This document shows, piece after piece, positions 52,037-63,259 of a stretch of 64,000 nucleotides of DNA. The position numbers and the translations under genes were made by a program. Position 1 is the first letter of the stretch, and each line of letters opens with the position of its first letter. The stretch is from the NCBI GenBank assembly GCA_044892525.1, contig CM097886.1, positions 164,040,312-164,104,311 of the forward strand, given 5' to 3'. This DNA comes from Schmidtea polychroa. Lineage: Eukaryota. The notes beneath the pieces are model-generated. The model did not search any database and had not been told where the DNA came from. It was given only the letters and a program-made list of their open reading frames with translations.

Positions 52037-52681
52037 TTATTGAATTCGGAGGAAGTTCTCACTCAAAGTTATCATATATAGTAGTTGTTTCAGATAAAGT
52101 CCAAACGACTGGATAAAGCTTTTATTTTCCTCAAAAGAGGACATTGGATCAATTGTTAATAATGTCTTGTCCAGTTCAGATGTTAATCGAGCTGCTTCCA
52201 TTTGTGCACGATAAACTTGCGATCGACAATCAGGGATCACGTCCATTCCAACGTCAGATTTTAAAGCAGCCATAATCATACGACTATTGATTTTCATTGT
52301 TTCTGGTATCCATGAAATAAACGCCAAAGCACCCTGATGTTTTAATTCGGACAACTGAGAAAATCGGTTGGATAATTCTTCAATGAAATAATTTCTGATT
52401 TCCGTTTTGCAAACAAATCGATTTGAAAGATCCGACATAGCATGATTCAATGTTATTTCCTCACGAATGCATAATACAATATCGTTGCTTTTATTGACGA
52501 ACTTATCTGTGAATTTAGACTCGATCCCAGGCATAATCATGAAAAATGATGGCAACGACTGTGAAAGTTCCGTGACAATCGATACGATTAATTTAATGTT
52601 GTTAAGATATTCTTCAACTGAAGGATCACATTTGACACCTGAAGCCATTTTAACAAGGAACTTTATCCAATTTTTAAACAC
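52037..52681 (-). CDS. Orphan 214-aa ORF, almost entirely inside the 917-bp element, antisense to its putative promoter
   Basis: Stop-free from 52681 through the element boundary (52086); the last ~15 codons and the stop come from flanking hAT DNA; no recognised domain. Confidence 0.55.
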   Translation of the reverse strand: MFKNWIKFLVKMASGVKCDPSVEEYLNNIKLIVSIVTELSQSLPSFFMIMPGIESKFTDKFVNKSNDIVLCIREEITLNHAMSDLSNRFVCKTEIRNYFIEELSNRFSQLSELKHQGALAFISWIPETMKINSRMIMAALKSDVGMDVIPDCRSQVYRAQMEAARLTSELDKTLLTIDPMSSFEENKSFIQSFGLYLKQLLYMITLSENFLRIQ

Positions 52682-53002
52682 AATTCCAATTTCGAAACTT
52701 TTTTAAAATTTAATTCCAATAAACCAACTTATTTCTCAACATTCCAGAATTTCGATTCAAAAAGCCCTCTGACAATCCCGTTTTAAACCAATCAAATCTT
52801 ATTTAATTCCAACAATTCGTCCAATCAATAATTTCTAAAACAAACTACAATTTATAAAAAATTACAACAATCAAAACCTACTTCTCGCGTCTGTGTGCGC
52901 ACACCAACAAGAATCGGTCTAACCAGACCGCGCACACAGACGCGATAGAAAAAGCCAAATAAATGCCAGTCAGAGGCAAGCCCCCTCTGACTGGTCGAAA
53001 CA
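52086..53002 (+). mobile_element. 917-bp TG..CA element with 5-bp TSD (solo LTR, possibly BEL/Pao-type), inserted in the hAT transposase
   Basis: TGTTTC...GAAACA ends; TSD GTAGT at 52081-52085 and 53003-53007. TATAAAA at 52853 and AATAAA at 52958 on +. 11-bp hairpin CCAGTCAGAGG/CCTCTGACTGG near the right end. Confidence 0.85.
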
Positions 53003-54582
53003 GTAGTAAATGTCTACTTAGATTACCTCTTTTTGGTAAATCAACTGTCGAGTTACATATTAAACAAGTACACTTATCTTTATACATAATGAATAAAATT
53101 TGAAAATGGTATTGAAATGGTATGTCTTTGATTTTTTATTAGAATTCATAATGGGAAAAATTCAAAATATTTAATTTGCTTGCATAAAACAACAATTAAT
53201 TCCTAAAAAAATATTATTAACAAACAACTACTTTGCACAACAGAAAAAAGACTTATAAATCAGTATTTTAAAAAATCAAAATTTAAAAATTTATTAGCCT
53301 ACTTTATTGGAAATCTGAAAATATTTCGTTTTATTTGTTCGTAAAATACAAAATTTTCAAATGTTTGCTTTTCAAAAATTTTAGTTATTGGAGGCAATTT
53401 TTTTATTTTAAAGTTTATTTTAGCTTTAAATATAAATTTCCTCGGGATCGACTTAAAATTTCTTGCCGATCGACGCGTTTGGGCACACGGGCTCTAGAAG
53501 TACTGCAATGTTATCAGTAATCTAATTCATCCCAAATTGGAATTTTTGAACGAATTTTGATCAAATTTCGAAAATTTTTTGCAGTTGACCTAGGTTTTGT
53601 TATCTCTGTTAAATTTGGTGAAATTTGGATGAAAAAAAATTTATAGAAGTGTACAACCACACAAACTTTGAGAAGGATAATTTAGAGATTTATTAAATAA
53701 ATTCAAATTTTAAATTAATTATAATTATCAACTTTAAGTTATGTAAGTTTATTTCATTCCTTCTGTTAGGGTTTGAGAAAACATGCAAAAAAAAATAAAA
53801 ACATCAAAATTCTAAACAATAATTAAAGTGCAAAACTTAATTTAAGAAATCATAATTTTAAAATAAATATTTTGCGGAATAACTGGTATGGGCGGACGCC
53901 AAATGATTAGACAAATCCAAATATAATAAAAATAAAATCAATGGGGGTTCATAGGAGGAAATATTTAAAGAAAAATAAAATTATTTAAAAACTAATTAGC
54001 TAATAGCCAACTTGAGCTAATAAAAAGCCCGAGCAGTGCGGGGAACCCTTAAATTAACAAATTAGTAAATGAAATTGATAAATTCAAGAGGAGCCCTATC
54101 AGTAAATTAGCTCAAAAAAGGAAGAGAAAACTCAATCACGAGAGAAATATAAAAAGAGAAGATAAGCTAGTGTAAGTTGAAGAAAAATAGAAATTTCGAA
54201 GTTTAGAATAAGACCAAGATAACTTAGTGCAAACACAGTATTATATTTTGATCTTACCAGAAGGCAGATCTCCCATCGGAACACTTATCTGTTGAAACGA
54301 CATTATTAAATGCTATTAGAAGCTGCTTTCTCATTTTTCAAAACAACTTATTTATGGTTAAATAATATTTTACATCAAACGAAGGAAATTTTTTAAAGAA
54401 TATTATTAACGTGTAATATTGGCAAAAGATTGCTAAACAACATCACATGCTACACTGAATATACAGGCCTCGCCGCTTTGGAAATACATTTAAATTTAGA
54501 GTGTGGGTGAAATTTTAAAACAATTTTTATTATTTTTCATAAATTAACAAAAGAACAGTTAAACATATATAATTAATACATA

Positions 54583-57500
54583 CAGGTATACCTCGGTAAT
54601 ACGGTGGGTATGGTTCCAGACCACAGCCGCAATGTGAGTCACTTTCTATTTTTCAATCGCTACAAAATATAAACACCTTAAAACTTGTTAACACTATCAT
54701 TTATTATTTGCGCAATAGCGCTAGGCTAAAAATAACAGTTCCAATTTAAAAATAAAATACGTAATGAAGGGTAAATAAAATAAAAATGATATATTTTAGC
54801 TTTAAAAACTTTATTAATATCATTGAAGGAAGGTTGAAGGAGATAGTTGAGACTCGTCACCTGACTCTTCAACGAATCTAATTCTCTTGCTTGATAGAGA
54901 GTCTAGAGTTGATATTGATGGTTGTTGAGACGATGATGGCTGTTGAATGATAGTATTTGAAGGTGCGGTATTTGCGGCACTGGCTTAAAATAAGATGTCA
55001 ATGACGTTTGCTTCATTGAGCATCTCATTCTCTTTCGAAGAATTTCAGTGTAGCGTGTGATGTTGTTTAGCAATCTTTTGCCAACTTTCGAACTTCTCTT
55101 AAAGTTCTTGTCAAGTGATTCAAATACTTTCACAACTTTCGAGGACTCACTATTTGAGATTCTCAACTTACTGGTTCTTAAATATATTAGTTATCAAATA
55201 ACAATAAGATCGGGATACTAATATTTATTTAAAAAAAATATTCACTTCAGAAACTGATTTACAAACTTCCACTAAATTATCTGTTAAATAGTGCGTGTTG
55301 TGTTTTGTGTAAATGACCGTGATTTATGTTGTACACCTAACCGCGAAAGTTAACATTGTCTATAATATACGTTGGTGTGCACACCACCTGAGGTGAGTCA
55401 CCAATTATATGACAATGTTAACTTAATTTCATTTATTCTATTTTTCAAAAATCATTTTAAGGTAAGTTTTTGAATTGAAGTAATTTTTAGGACTTGAATT
55501 TTGATTTTATATAATTATGAGATCATTATTCAAGTTCTTAAATATTACTGTTAGTCATCATTTATAATTTATCATTTATAAATATATTAATAATTAAATT
55601 TCAGGTGTTTTTTTAGGAAATTTATGATATTTTATGCATTAATATGGAATTATTTCGCTAAAATGTAAGTTAAATATTTTTATATTTATAAATAAATAAA
55701 GTAATCACCATACACATTTATTTTTTTAATACATTTAGGGAAAAATCGGCGTACATGAACGAAATAGTTTTTTAAATTTTTATAATCTTAAATTTTTATA
55801 AGCATTTCTTCTAACGTTGCATAAAAATTGGCTTCGACAAAATCCAACAAATTATTTCCCTGTTCTTCTGAAATAATTTGTTTTCTGCCACTTCTTTTTC
55901 CTTTTGTAATTTCGGCATATTTCTTATATTTGTAAATTATTGAAATAATTGAATTTTTGGGGATTCCGAGCAATCTTCCAAATTCTTTATAATTGTCCCC
56001 ATTTTCAAATGCATTAATAAGCCGAATTTTGTCTATTTCTGTAATTCTTTGAAAATATTAATTTGTTAAAATAATTTATTAAAATTTACGATTTGCGATT
56101 TTTTTTCTGCAAATTCGAAGTTGTCGAAGGACCTTCTTCAATATTTGAAATGGTACCTTCACGCAAAGAAATATCTGTTATACTGTAAAATATTTTAATA
56201 TTTTATATTTTAATGAATAAATCTTACATTGTCAGATCTTCAACTTCGCAAAAAGCCACTGTGTCCTGTGAAATATCTGTAAATCTAAAGAAATTTTATA
56301 TTCCAAATTATTTTATAATTAAATCTTACGATGTATCTTCTTTTTTTCCCTAAAGCTCAACGTAGAGCAGTCGGAATCTGATTCAAAAGTTTTTTTGTAC
56401 ATAATTTTTAAAATAATTTAAAAATATTGATATATTAATTATATGTTAATCAATCTGAATTTCGCATGAAAAACACTTTACTTAATTTTGTATGTATTTT
56501 TCATTATGTATGCTGTGCTTGTATGCTTAATTATTTTCTCTCACTTTTTAGATTCCTATAATAAATATGTTAAATTTCCCAGCATTAAATTTCTACACAC
56601 AGGTAAGTTTGTGTGTTCCTATAATATATATTTATTGATTTTTTTTAGATTATAGATAATGTTATATTTCGCGGTTAGGTGTATAATGCGTGCAAAAGTA
56701 TTGTAAGACTGAGATGATTGATCTCATACTGTCTTTTATTTTTTTTTTGAAAATTTTTGGAGATTTTCTCTCAAAATTTATATACTAAGACAAGACTCGA
56801 TTTTTGGGGTGTCTAAATTAAATTTGTGAACGCTATTTATATATTTATAACGCTATTTATTTATATTTATCTATTAAAACATTTTTTTAAAGCAAATATA
56901 TTTATTATTTATTCTATATTTTCAGAAAACATTTTATTTAAATCCAATTTATTTTTTATTTGTTATTTATTTTCTTATCGAGGAAAAGCTTTTAATATTA
57001 ATGCACTTTTATTTATTTAGAGATTCGTTCCAAAATTTATTTGCTTTCAATTTTTTTATTTTAATCAATAGTTCCAATTTTAATATTAAAAACAACTCCT
57101 TCTTTAATTAAATTTTTTTTATGTATACGAAATAAGATAATAATCTGATTATACAAAAACTCAATTGTTTACCATAAAAATAAGAATAAACAAGTAATTA
57201 CATAATAAAATATAAACCCATAAAATAAATAAAAATAATTAAGTCACATTTGATCACCAATTGTCTGAAACTGAATTGTCACACTACCACCATAAGAATG
57301 CAATAATACATTTTCGACACAGACAAATAAAATTGAATTGTCATAATAGAATTGAATTGTCATTATACAATTATAGATTATTGATGGGATTTGGCTCTAA
57401 ATTGGATTGTTTGATAATTCAACTGGCTTATATTGACTCTCACTGTACACATTTACTCTAAATTTATTCTGTTCTGTCCTATAATTGCTTGTTAGGACAA

Positions 57501-58533
57501 ATGTGCTGATGGGCCTGCCCTGTCATCTAACACAACTGTATGCAGAAGGCCTACATAATGCTCTAAATCTTTTGTAGACATTTCCTTAATTTAGTCGTCA
57601 TCATCGTCATCAACAGCAGATTCAGCCTCTAGAAATAATTTACGTTGCTAATCGAGTAAAAGTAAATCTTCATCTGTTAAAGCTTCATCGTGAGATGTCA
57701 ACAATTCCGTCACATCTTCAGGAGCAACTTCAAGTTCTAACTCTCTTGCCATATCTACCACCTCTGTTGTTACATTAGGCTTATCAACTTCAAAGCCTTT
57801 AAAGTCATTCATAAGGGTAGGAATCAACATTTTCCATATTCCTTTGAGTGTTGATGATTTGACCTCACCCCAAAAATCACGAATGTTCTTTGTTGCATCT
57901 AAAATATTGAAAATATAGAAGGCCATCAGTTTAATTTTTGTGGCTCAATAGGATCGGCATCACCATCAAGTGCAGTAATAGCCTTTGTAAATGTTCAACG
58001 TAAATAATATGTTTTAAAAGTGGAGAATGCTCCTTGGTCCATGGGCTGCAGAATTGATGTAGTGTTAGTAGAAAGAAAAATAACTTTCATCCCCTTGTAC
58101 CTTTCCATTTTAACTTTTGGGTGGCCGGAATCATTATCACCAAGTAACAGAATATTAAAGAAATTTTTTGTTCTAAACAGTAGGCCTGGACAGTAGGCTT
58201 AAAATAATCAGTGAACCAATTCGTAAAAAGATGGGCAGTCATCCAGGCTTTCTTGTTTGCTTGATAATAAACAAGTAGGCTGACTTTTGCATAATTCTTC
58301 AAGGCCCTAGAATTTTGTGAATGGTATATAAGCATTGGTTTTAATTTGCAGTTACCAGCTGTATTTGATCCAAATAAAATAGTCTAAATAAAATTGCTAG
58401 CTTTGAAAGCTGGCATTGTTTTTTTCCTCTTTAGCTATGAAAGTTCTAGCCGGTAGCTTCTTCCAGAATAGAGCCGTTTCAACATTGAAAATTTATTGTT
58501 TGCTATAGCCTCGTTCTTCAATTAATTGAGCTA
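54583..58533 (-). mobile_element. Tigger1-like pogo transposon, fragmented by nested insertions and 5'-truncated
   Basis: TA|CAGGTATACCTCGG..GGTTCCAGACCAC terminus. Peptides MLIYHSQNSRALKNYAK..KAWMTAHLF, ILDATKNIRDFWGEVK..ARELELEVAPEDVTELL and KQTSLTSYFK resemble Tigger1 transposase as recalled. Confidence 0.88.
55334..56681 (-). mobile_element. Non-autonomous Tc1/IS630-like element, 1348 bp
   Basis: TIR CACCTAACCGCGAAA..AACATT.TCTATAAT at both ends; TA TSD; residual helix-turn-helix ORF (ITEIDKIRLINAFENG..LLGIPKNSIISII..KRSGRK, ~56063-55788); no DDE domain seen. Confidence 0.85.
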
Positions 58534-58811
58534 GTCAAAAAGAGAAAACAACCAGTTAAAATTACCAACTACTACACTCCTCAGTTGTGAGAGATTCGAC
58601 AGATCAAAGTTATACGAGTGTGCTATTCCTCACCATAGTGTTGTAATAAGCACGGCATAATAGTAACTTGTTGAGTCAATCGTATCATTGTGAAAATATT
58701 TGTGATATTCAATAAAGTTTCCAGTGTTAATTGTTATATGTGGGTCAGTCAAAGACACGTTTGGAGTCAGAGTAAGAATTCTAATTTTATCACCAACTCA
58801 ATAACCCAACA
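58534..58811 (+). mobile_element. 3' fragment of a family D LTR
   Basis: GTGCTATTCCTCAC..TGTTGTAATAAGCA and ..GGAGTCAGAGTAA..ATCACCAACTCAATAACCCAACA match 51670-51880 and 19900-19952. Confidence 0.8.
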
Positions 58812-59401
58812 ATATCACAAAATAGTTTTTTGAAATCATATTGAATCTCGTGGGGGATGGGTTCGCCACTCCCGTTTTGTAAGTTTGACTTTAACCATTT
58901 ACGTATCTGAAGATATATTTGTGAATCACTCTGAATTAAGCAGAAAATAAAAATAATATATGAATTTATTAAAACAAACAATTAATAATATTATGTTTTA
59001 TTTTTAGTATTAATTTTTAATTAACACTTTAACTATTTGAAATTCTTGATTTGGCGAATCATTTATTTATTTTAAAAAGATTAAATATTTTAAAAAAAAC
59101 CGTTTTTAGTCTTCTTTGTGAACAACGAGAAAAATAAATTAATTAGGAGGTTATACGAAAAATTATCAAGAAATTATTTATTTATTATTAATAAAAGTTT
59201 ACTAAATTAAATATTAAATTAAAAAAATTTTTATTCTAGCAACGATTTTACATGGTTCATAAAACTTTAGACGAAAGAAGGAAATAGTAGCCGATTCTCG
59301 ACAGGAAATAATATTTATAGGAATTTTATGAATTAGAAAATTAGGAAACTTCTCATTTTGATTTTAGTATATAAAAGCAGTGTGAATAAGCAAATGACAA
59401 A

Positions 59402-60407
59402 ATGAATGAAAGTCTTTCAAGTCAACAGTGGTATATGAATCTGTTAGTAGGTTACGAAGTGATAATGACAATTATATTGGTAACTGGGTACATAGGGAAC
59501 TTTCTGAATTTGGTTATATTCTATCGACATAAGGCGATTCGGCCATTTACCCGCATGTTGTTGCTTCAGTTAACAGTCTATGACATTTTTGGTTTATCTT
59601 TAGCTGGGATTCATACCGAATATATGATGGCCAATGGCGGTCTTGATTTTAGGATTGGGAGAAGATTGCTTTGTCAGATTCATGGATATCTGAGTTCCAT
59701 TAGTCTCTATGGGTCACAGTATACTTTAGGAACAGTGGCAATTGATAGGTTTTTATTAATTCGCTATCCAACCAACCCGATAATTAAGTAGATGTTTAAT
59801 TTTAATAACATTTATTTTATTGTGTTGCAGGTCCCTGAATATCAAGCATGGCGTTCTTGTTTGTGTCTGTGTGTTGATAGCAAATATGCTAATAAATGTA
59901 GCTGCTTTAAATCCAGTTGATTTATTTGGATATCTCTGCGTTACGCCTTTGATTGCAGAAATTTGGTATTGTCTGATCACAATATTTTTCTATGCAATTA
60001 TTCCTACCGCAAGTACAATGATACCATCGGGAATGATGATTTATCAGCTTAATGTTCACAATCGTAAACTATACACAAACAACAAACAAAATTCATTAAG
60101 CTCGCATATTTGGGCAGTAAAGATGATTATTATTACCTCAATATATATGAGTATAACATTTACTGGAATAAACACGGCAATGTTTCTCAGCTACGCTGGC
60201 GTATTCGGATCCTTTAACTATCTTCTACAAACCATTGGATATGGATCTTGGGTGTTTCTGCAATCGAATTGTGCCGTGAAATTCTATCTCTACAATCTTT
60301 CCACTTCACAATTTCGAAAGAATTTTTTAAAAATTATTTTCAATGTGAAAGTTAAAAATGAAAATCAAATATCTCAATTTTCTATGGGAAATGGTACAAA
60401 GTTATAA
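59402..60407 (+). CDS. Class A (rhodopsin-like) orphan GPCR, 2 exons (59402-59787, 59831-60407), 320 aa
   Basis: A 43-nt GT-AG phase-2 intron joins the two ORFs in frame. TM1 GN, TM2 L..YD, TM3 Cys (LCQ), DRF, TM5 Pro, TM7 N...KFYLY, helix 8 FRKNF. Confidence 0.88.
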
Positions 60408-60675
60408 AACTCAATTAATTTTGATTAAATTCGCACTCGAATTTGTTGCACTTTCCCTGTGGAAAATACATAAAAATTTATCTATTGTCTTAAATTTATA
60501 TTAATTAATAAATAAACTAATGTTTCAAATTTTCATGCATTCTTCTACGACACCATAATTAATATTTGTAATATTATTTTCGGCATTCATACTTCTTCAA
60601 TTTTCTTTACTAACGATAGATTTACTACTGAAGGGAATTGACGATAAAGAAAATTAATATCACTATCATTTAAAT

Positions 60676-61980
60676 CAGTGTTTCTCAAACTTTTTAACCA
60701 TCACCCCTTTAAGACCCAATTTGATTTGCCACCGCCCCCTAAAGATTATCAAACATTGTCCTGCATCATTAAAATTTATTAACATATAATGCATTTTGCA
60801 ATTAAATAATTTTTATATATTTTACAAATAAATAAACTCAACTTTCATTCAGAACTTTTAATAAAATGAATGACACCGATGTTTCGCAACCAATTCACTC
60901 ACTCTAGGTTCGATGTCGTTTAGAAGTAGTCTCAAATCTCTCCTTTTAACAATTTGCAGGAGATTTCTTTATTTGGTAAGAAGTTTAGAAACCACAATAA
61001 ATCCGCATTCAGCCTTGTAAGATGATGGGAAAGCAAGGAAATAAAGTTTAATTGTCTCCCACTAATTTGAATATTTTTCAGGAATTTCTGCAAACAAAAA
61101 TCCGCGTACAATTTTTTAAAGAGAGCTTTCAATTCAAAGTCACTCTTTACAGCAATTAAGTTTTTTGAATTGCAAAATTAGTGTCACTTTCACAAACATA
61201 AGTAAATGGATTTATTAGCCAATTTTCCCGTAAAGATATCACGACTGAGTCGAACAGAGAATAAAATTCGTTTTGAACAGTTTTCTTTGGATAACCATCT
61301 CACCTCGGTATGTAGAAATAGAGGCTCAAATTATTCGTTATTCTCAACATATAATTGACCTTATTATTCGAGACTTGAGAAGTTGGTTCTTAATTTTATT
61401 CACTAATTTTACAACAATGCTGAGGGAATTATGAAGATGACAGCTCAAGTTTTTGGCAACAAAATGCTGTCGATGAATTACACAATGTATCGTAAAAACG
61501 TCATGTACTGGCAGTTTTTAAATAAGAAATAAATCTCTTATGTTTCCCTGTTATTGCGGGAGCACCATTTGTAGCTCAAGCAATGATGTTTATCATTGGT
61601 ATATCTTGTTTAAAGAATTACTCAACTGCCGTAACAATAGACGCACCTCTAGGCGTAACTTTTTGCATAACCTTTAATAAAACGAGCATAACTTAAGAGC
61701 AGTGCTTCATTCCTGGTAGCGTAGATACATCCAATTGCAGGCCACATCTTTGTTTTTCAGAATATCACAAACTTTCATCAAAATCTCCAGCCATTTCATC
61801 AATTCTTCTTTGAACAGTATCATCACTGAGAGGAATAGATTTTGTGATGACACTGGGAGAGCAATGATGTACTACTGTATGTAAAACTTCTGAAAAGAAA
61901 CTTCTTTCCAATTGAATTTGGATTGCCTGATTTAGCAATTAGTTTAACAATATTTTAAGAAAAAACGTCGATTGTCAGTA
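60676..61980 (-). pseudogene. Buster/ZBED5-like hAT transposase remnant with one terminus
   Basis: Terminus CAGTGTTTCTCAAACTTTT preceded by ATTTAAAT. Minus-strand fragments IPLSDDTVQRRIDEMAGD, HCVIHRQH and LHTEVRWLSK. Interrupted at ~61980 by the gypsy element. Confidence 0.8.
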
Positions 61981-62211
61981 TGAGGAAGTTTCATGATGAA
62001 AAAATTTTTAAATTGAAAATTTTAAAAATTAAAGTTTAGATTAATTTTTAAAAAAACAAAATAAGAAGATATTTTAATTAAAAATATCTTCGTAGAAAAT
62101 TTGTTTAAATAAGAAAGATTAAAGAAGATATAATTTGATTTTGATATTTATTGAAATAAAATTTATGGAAACAAAAACTGATTTTAATGTTTTACAGGAT
62201 GAACCTCCTAA
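61981..62211 (+). repeat. Putative 5' LTR (~231 bp)
   Basis: Starts TGAGGAAGTTTCAT and ends ATGAACCTCCTAA (imperfect inverted ends; terminal AA instead of CA); lies directly before the PBS. The second LTR is outside the window. Confidence 0.55.
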
Positions 62212-63259
62212 TATGGTGGCAGCGGTAAACACGGACGCAATCACCGAAAGATTGCTACCAAAGGTATTCTGCCAAGGGGACGATTTGGAAAAGTTCATTA
62301 AAAGATGCGAAATTTATTTCGACGCCAAGGGAATCACGCAGAAGAAAGACCAGGAAAGATTAACATCTTGCATGATTGATGAGGATATCCTGGAAGTGTA
62401 CGCCAAAACACTGAAAAAAGCCGAAGGATTCCAGGCTAGGTTGCGATTGGCATTCGATCGTGAAAGAGATGTTTTAAAGGATCTACAAAACTTGTTGAAT
62501 TACAAGCGGAAGGGTGAAAAAATAGAAACGTATTTTAAAAAGGTGGAGGACCTTGTTGATAGGTTGTTCGAAAATAAAGAATTTACCAAAGAGAAATTAA
62601 CAGCAAGGATGTTAATAGTATGTGCGGAGAATAAAGAAGTTGAAAAAGAAGTGATACTACGGAAGATAAAAAGCACAGAAGAAATAAAGGAAACACTAAC
62701 TCTGATGGACAAAGTAGACAAGCAAAGAGAGCAGATAAACAGTATGAAAAGTTACGCCAGAGTGGTCTATCAGGAACCACAGGGAAGAGTACAATACAAG
62801 AAGAAAGAACAGAGAGAAGAAAGTATCCGAAGAGAAATGTCAGAATACTGGTTATGCCACAAAATAGGACACACGAAAATTGATTGTCCAATAAAAGGTA
62901 AAATAGAATGCTGGACATGTCATAGAAGCGGACATATAAGTAGAAGCTGTCCAGATAAAAAAGCTCCAAGATGTTTTGGGTGTGGGAAAGAAGGTCATAT
63001 AAGAATATTGTGTCAGGAAATACGTTGTGAAAGATGTAGCAGAAATGGTCATAGATCCGAGGAGTGTTATACAAAGATGAGGTACGGGAGAGCGACGGAG
63101 AGACAAAGATTCACGGGAAACAGATACAGTCGGATAAATGGTATCGAGGAAGAAGAAGAAAGGGAATCGTGTGTAGAGACAAATAAAGATAATTTTAGGA
63201 AGACGTTCCCAAACAACAGGGCTCCACCAGTAGAGGAGTTGGTTGGAGCCATATTCTAA
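62165..63259 (+). CDS. gag: Gag with four tandem CCHC knuckles (first degenerate); start at ATG 62165 or 62213
   Basis: Open ORF; YWLCHKIGHTKIDC, CWTCHRSGHISRSC, CFGCGKEGHIRILC and CERCSRNGHRSEEC. Confidence 0.9.
   Translation: METKTDFNVLQDEPPNMVAAVNTDAITERLLPKVFCQGDDLEKFIKRCEIYFDAKGITQKKDQERLTSCMIDEDILEVYAKTLKKAEGFQARLRLAFDRERDVLKDLQNLLNYKRKGEKIETYFKKVEDLVDRLFENKEFTKEKLTARMLIVCAENKEVEKEVILRKIKSTEEIKETLTLMDKVDKQREQINSMKSYARVVYQEPQGRVQYKKKEQREESIRREMSEYWLCHKIGHTKIDCPIKGKIECWTCHRSGHISRSCPDKKAPRCFGCGKEGHIRILCQEIRCERCSRNGHRSEECYTKMRYGRATERQRFTGNRYSRINGIEEEEERESCVETNKDNFRKTFPNNRAPPVEELVGAIF
62214..62226 (+). promoter_or_regulatory. Primer-binding site complementary to the tRNA-Leu(AAG/UAG) 3' end
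   Basis: TGGTGGCAGCGGT matches 13 nt of the reverse complement of the animal tRNA-Leu 3' end (...ACCGCTGCCACCA). Confidence 0.8.

Larger units (their letters stand above)
49574..53491 (-). mobile_element. Decayed hAT element related to 2387-5039, carrying two nested insertions
   Basis: TSD CTCTAGAA on both sides; TIR core GTGTGCCCAA. Transposase fragments from MNSNKKSKTYHF (ATG 53149) and YKDKCTCLIC through FSLQF.ES.D, TTDGA and STYLCESSFS, interrupted by stops and frameshifts. Confidence 0.9.

Noticed and set aside
52966-53007. Helitron 3' end (GC hairpin near the terminus)
   Set aside because: The element has TG..CA ends and a 5-bp TSD; Helitrons make no TSD and end in CTRR.
53764-54283. 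Possible further solo LTR (TGTTAGGG...GGAACA, flanks CTTC/CTTA)
   Set aside because: The TSD is imperfect, the inverted ends are weak and no second copy supports it.
58790-58981. Retroelement pol linker fragment (QSDSQIYLQIRKWLKS..)
   Set aside because: Too short and without a catalytic motif; cannot be supported.
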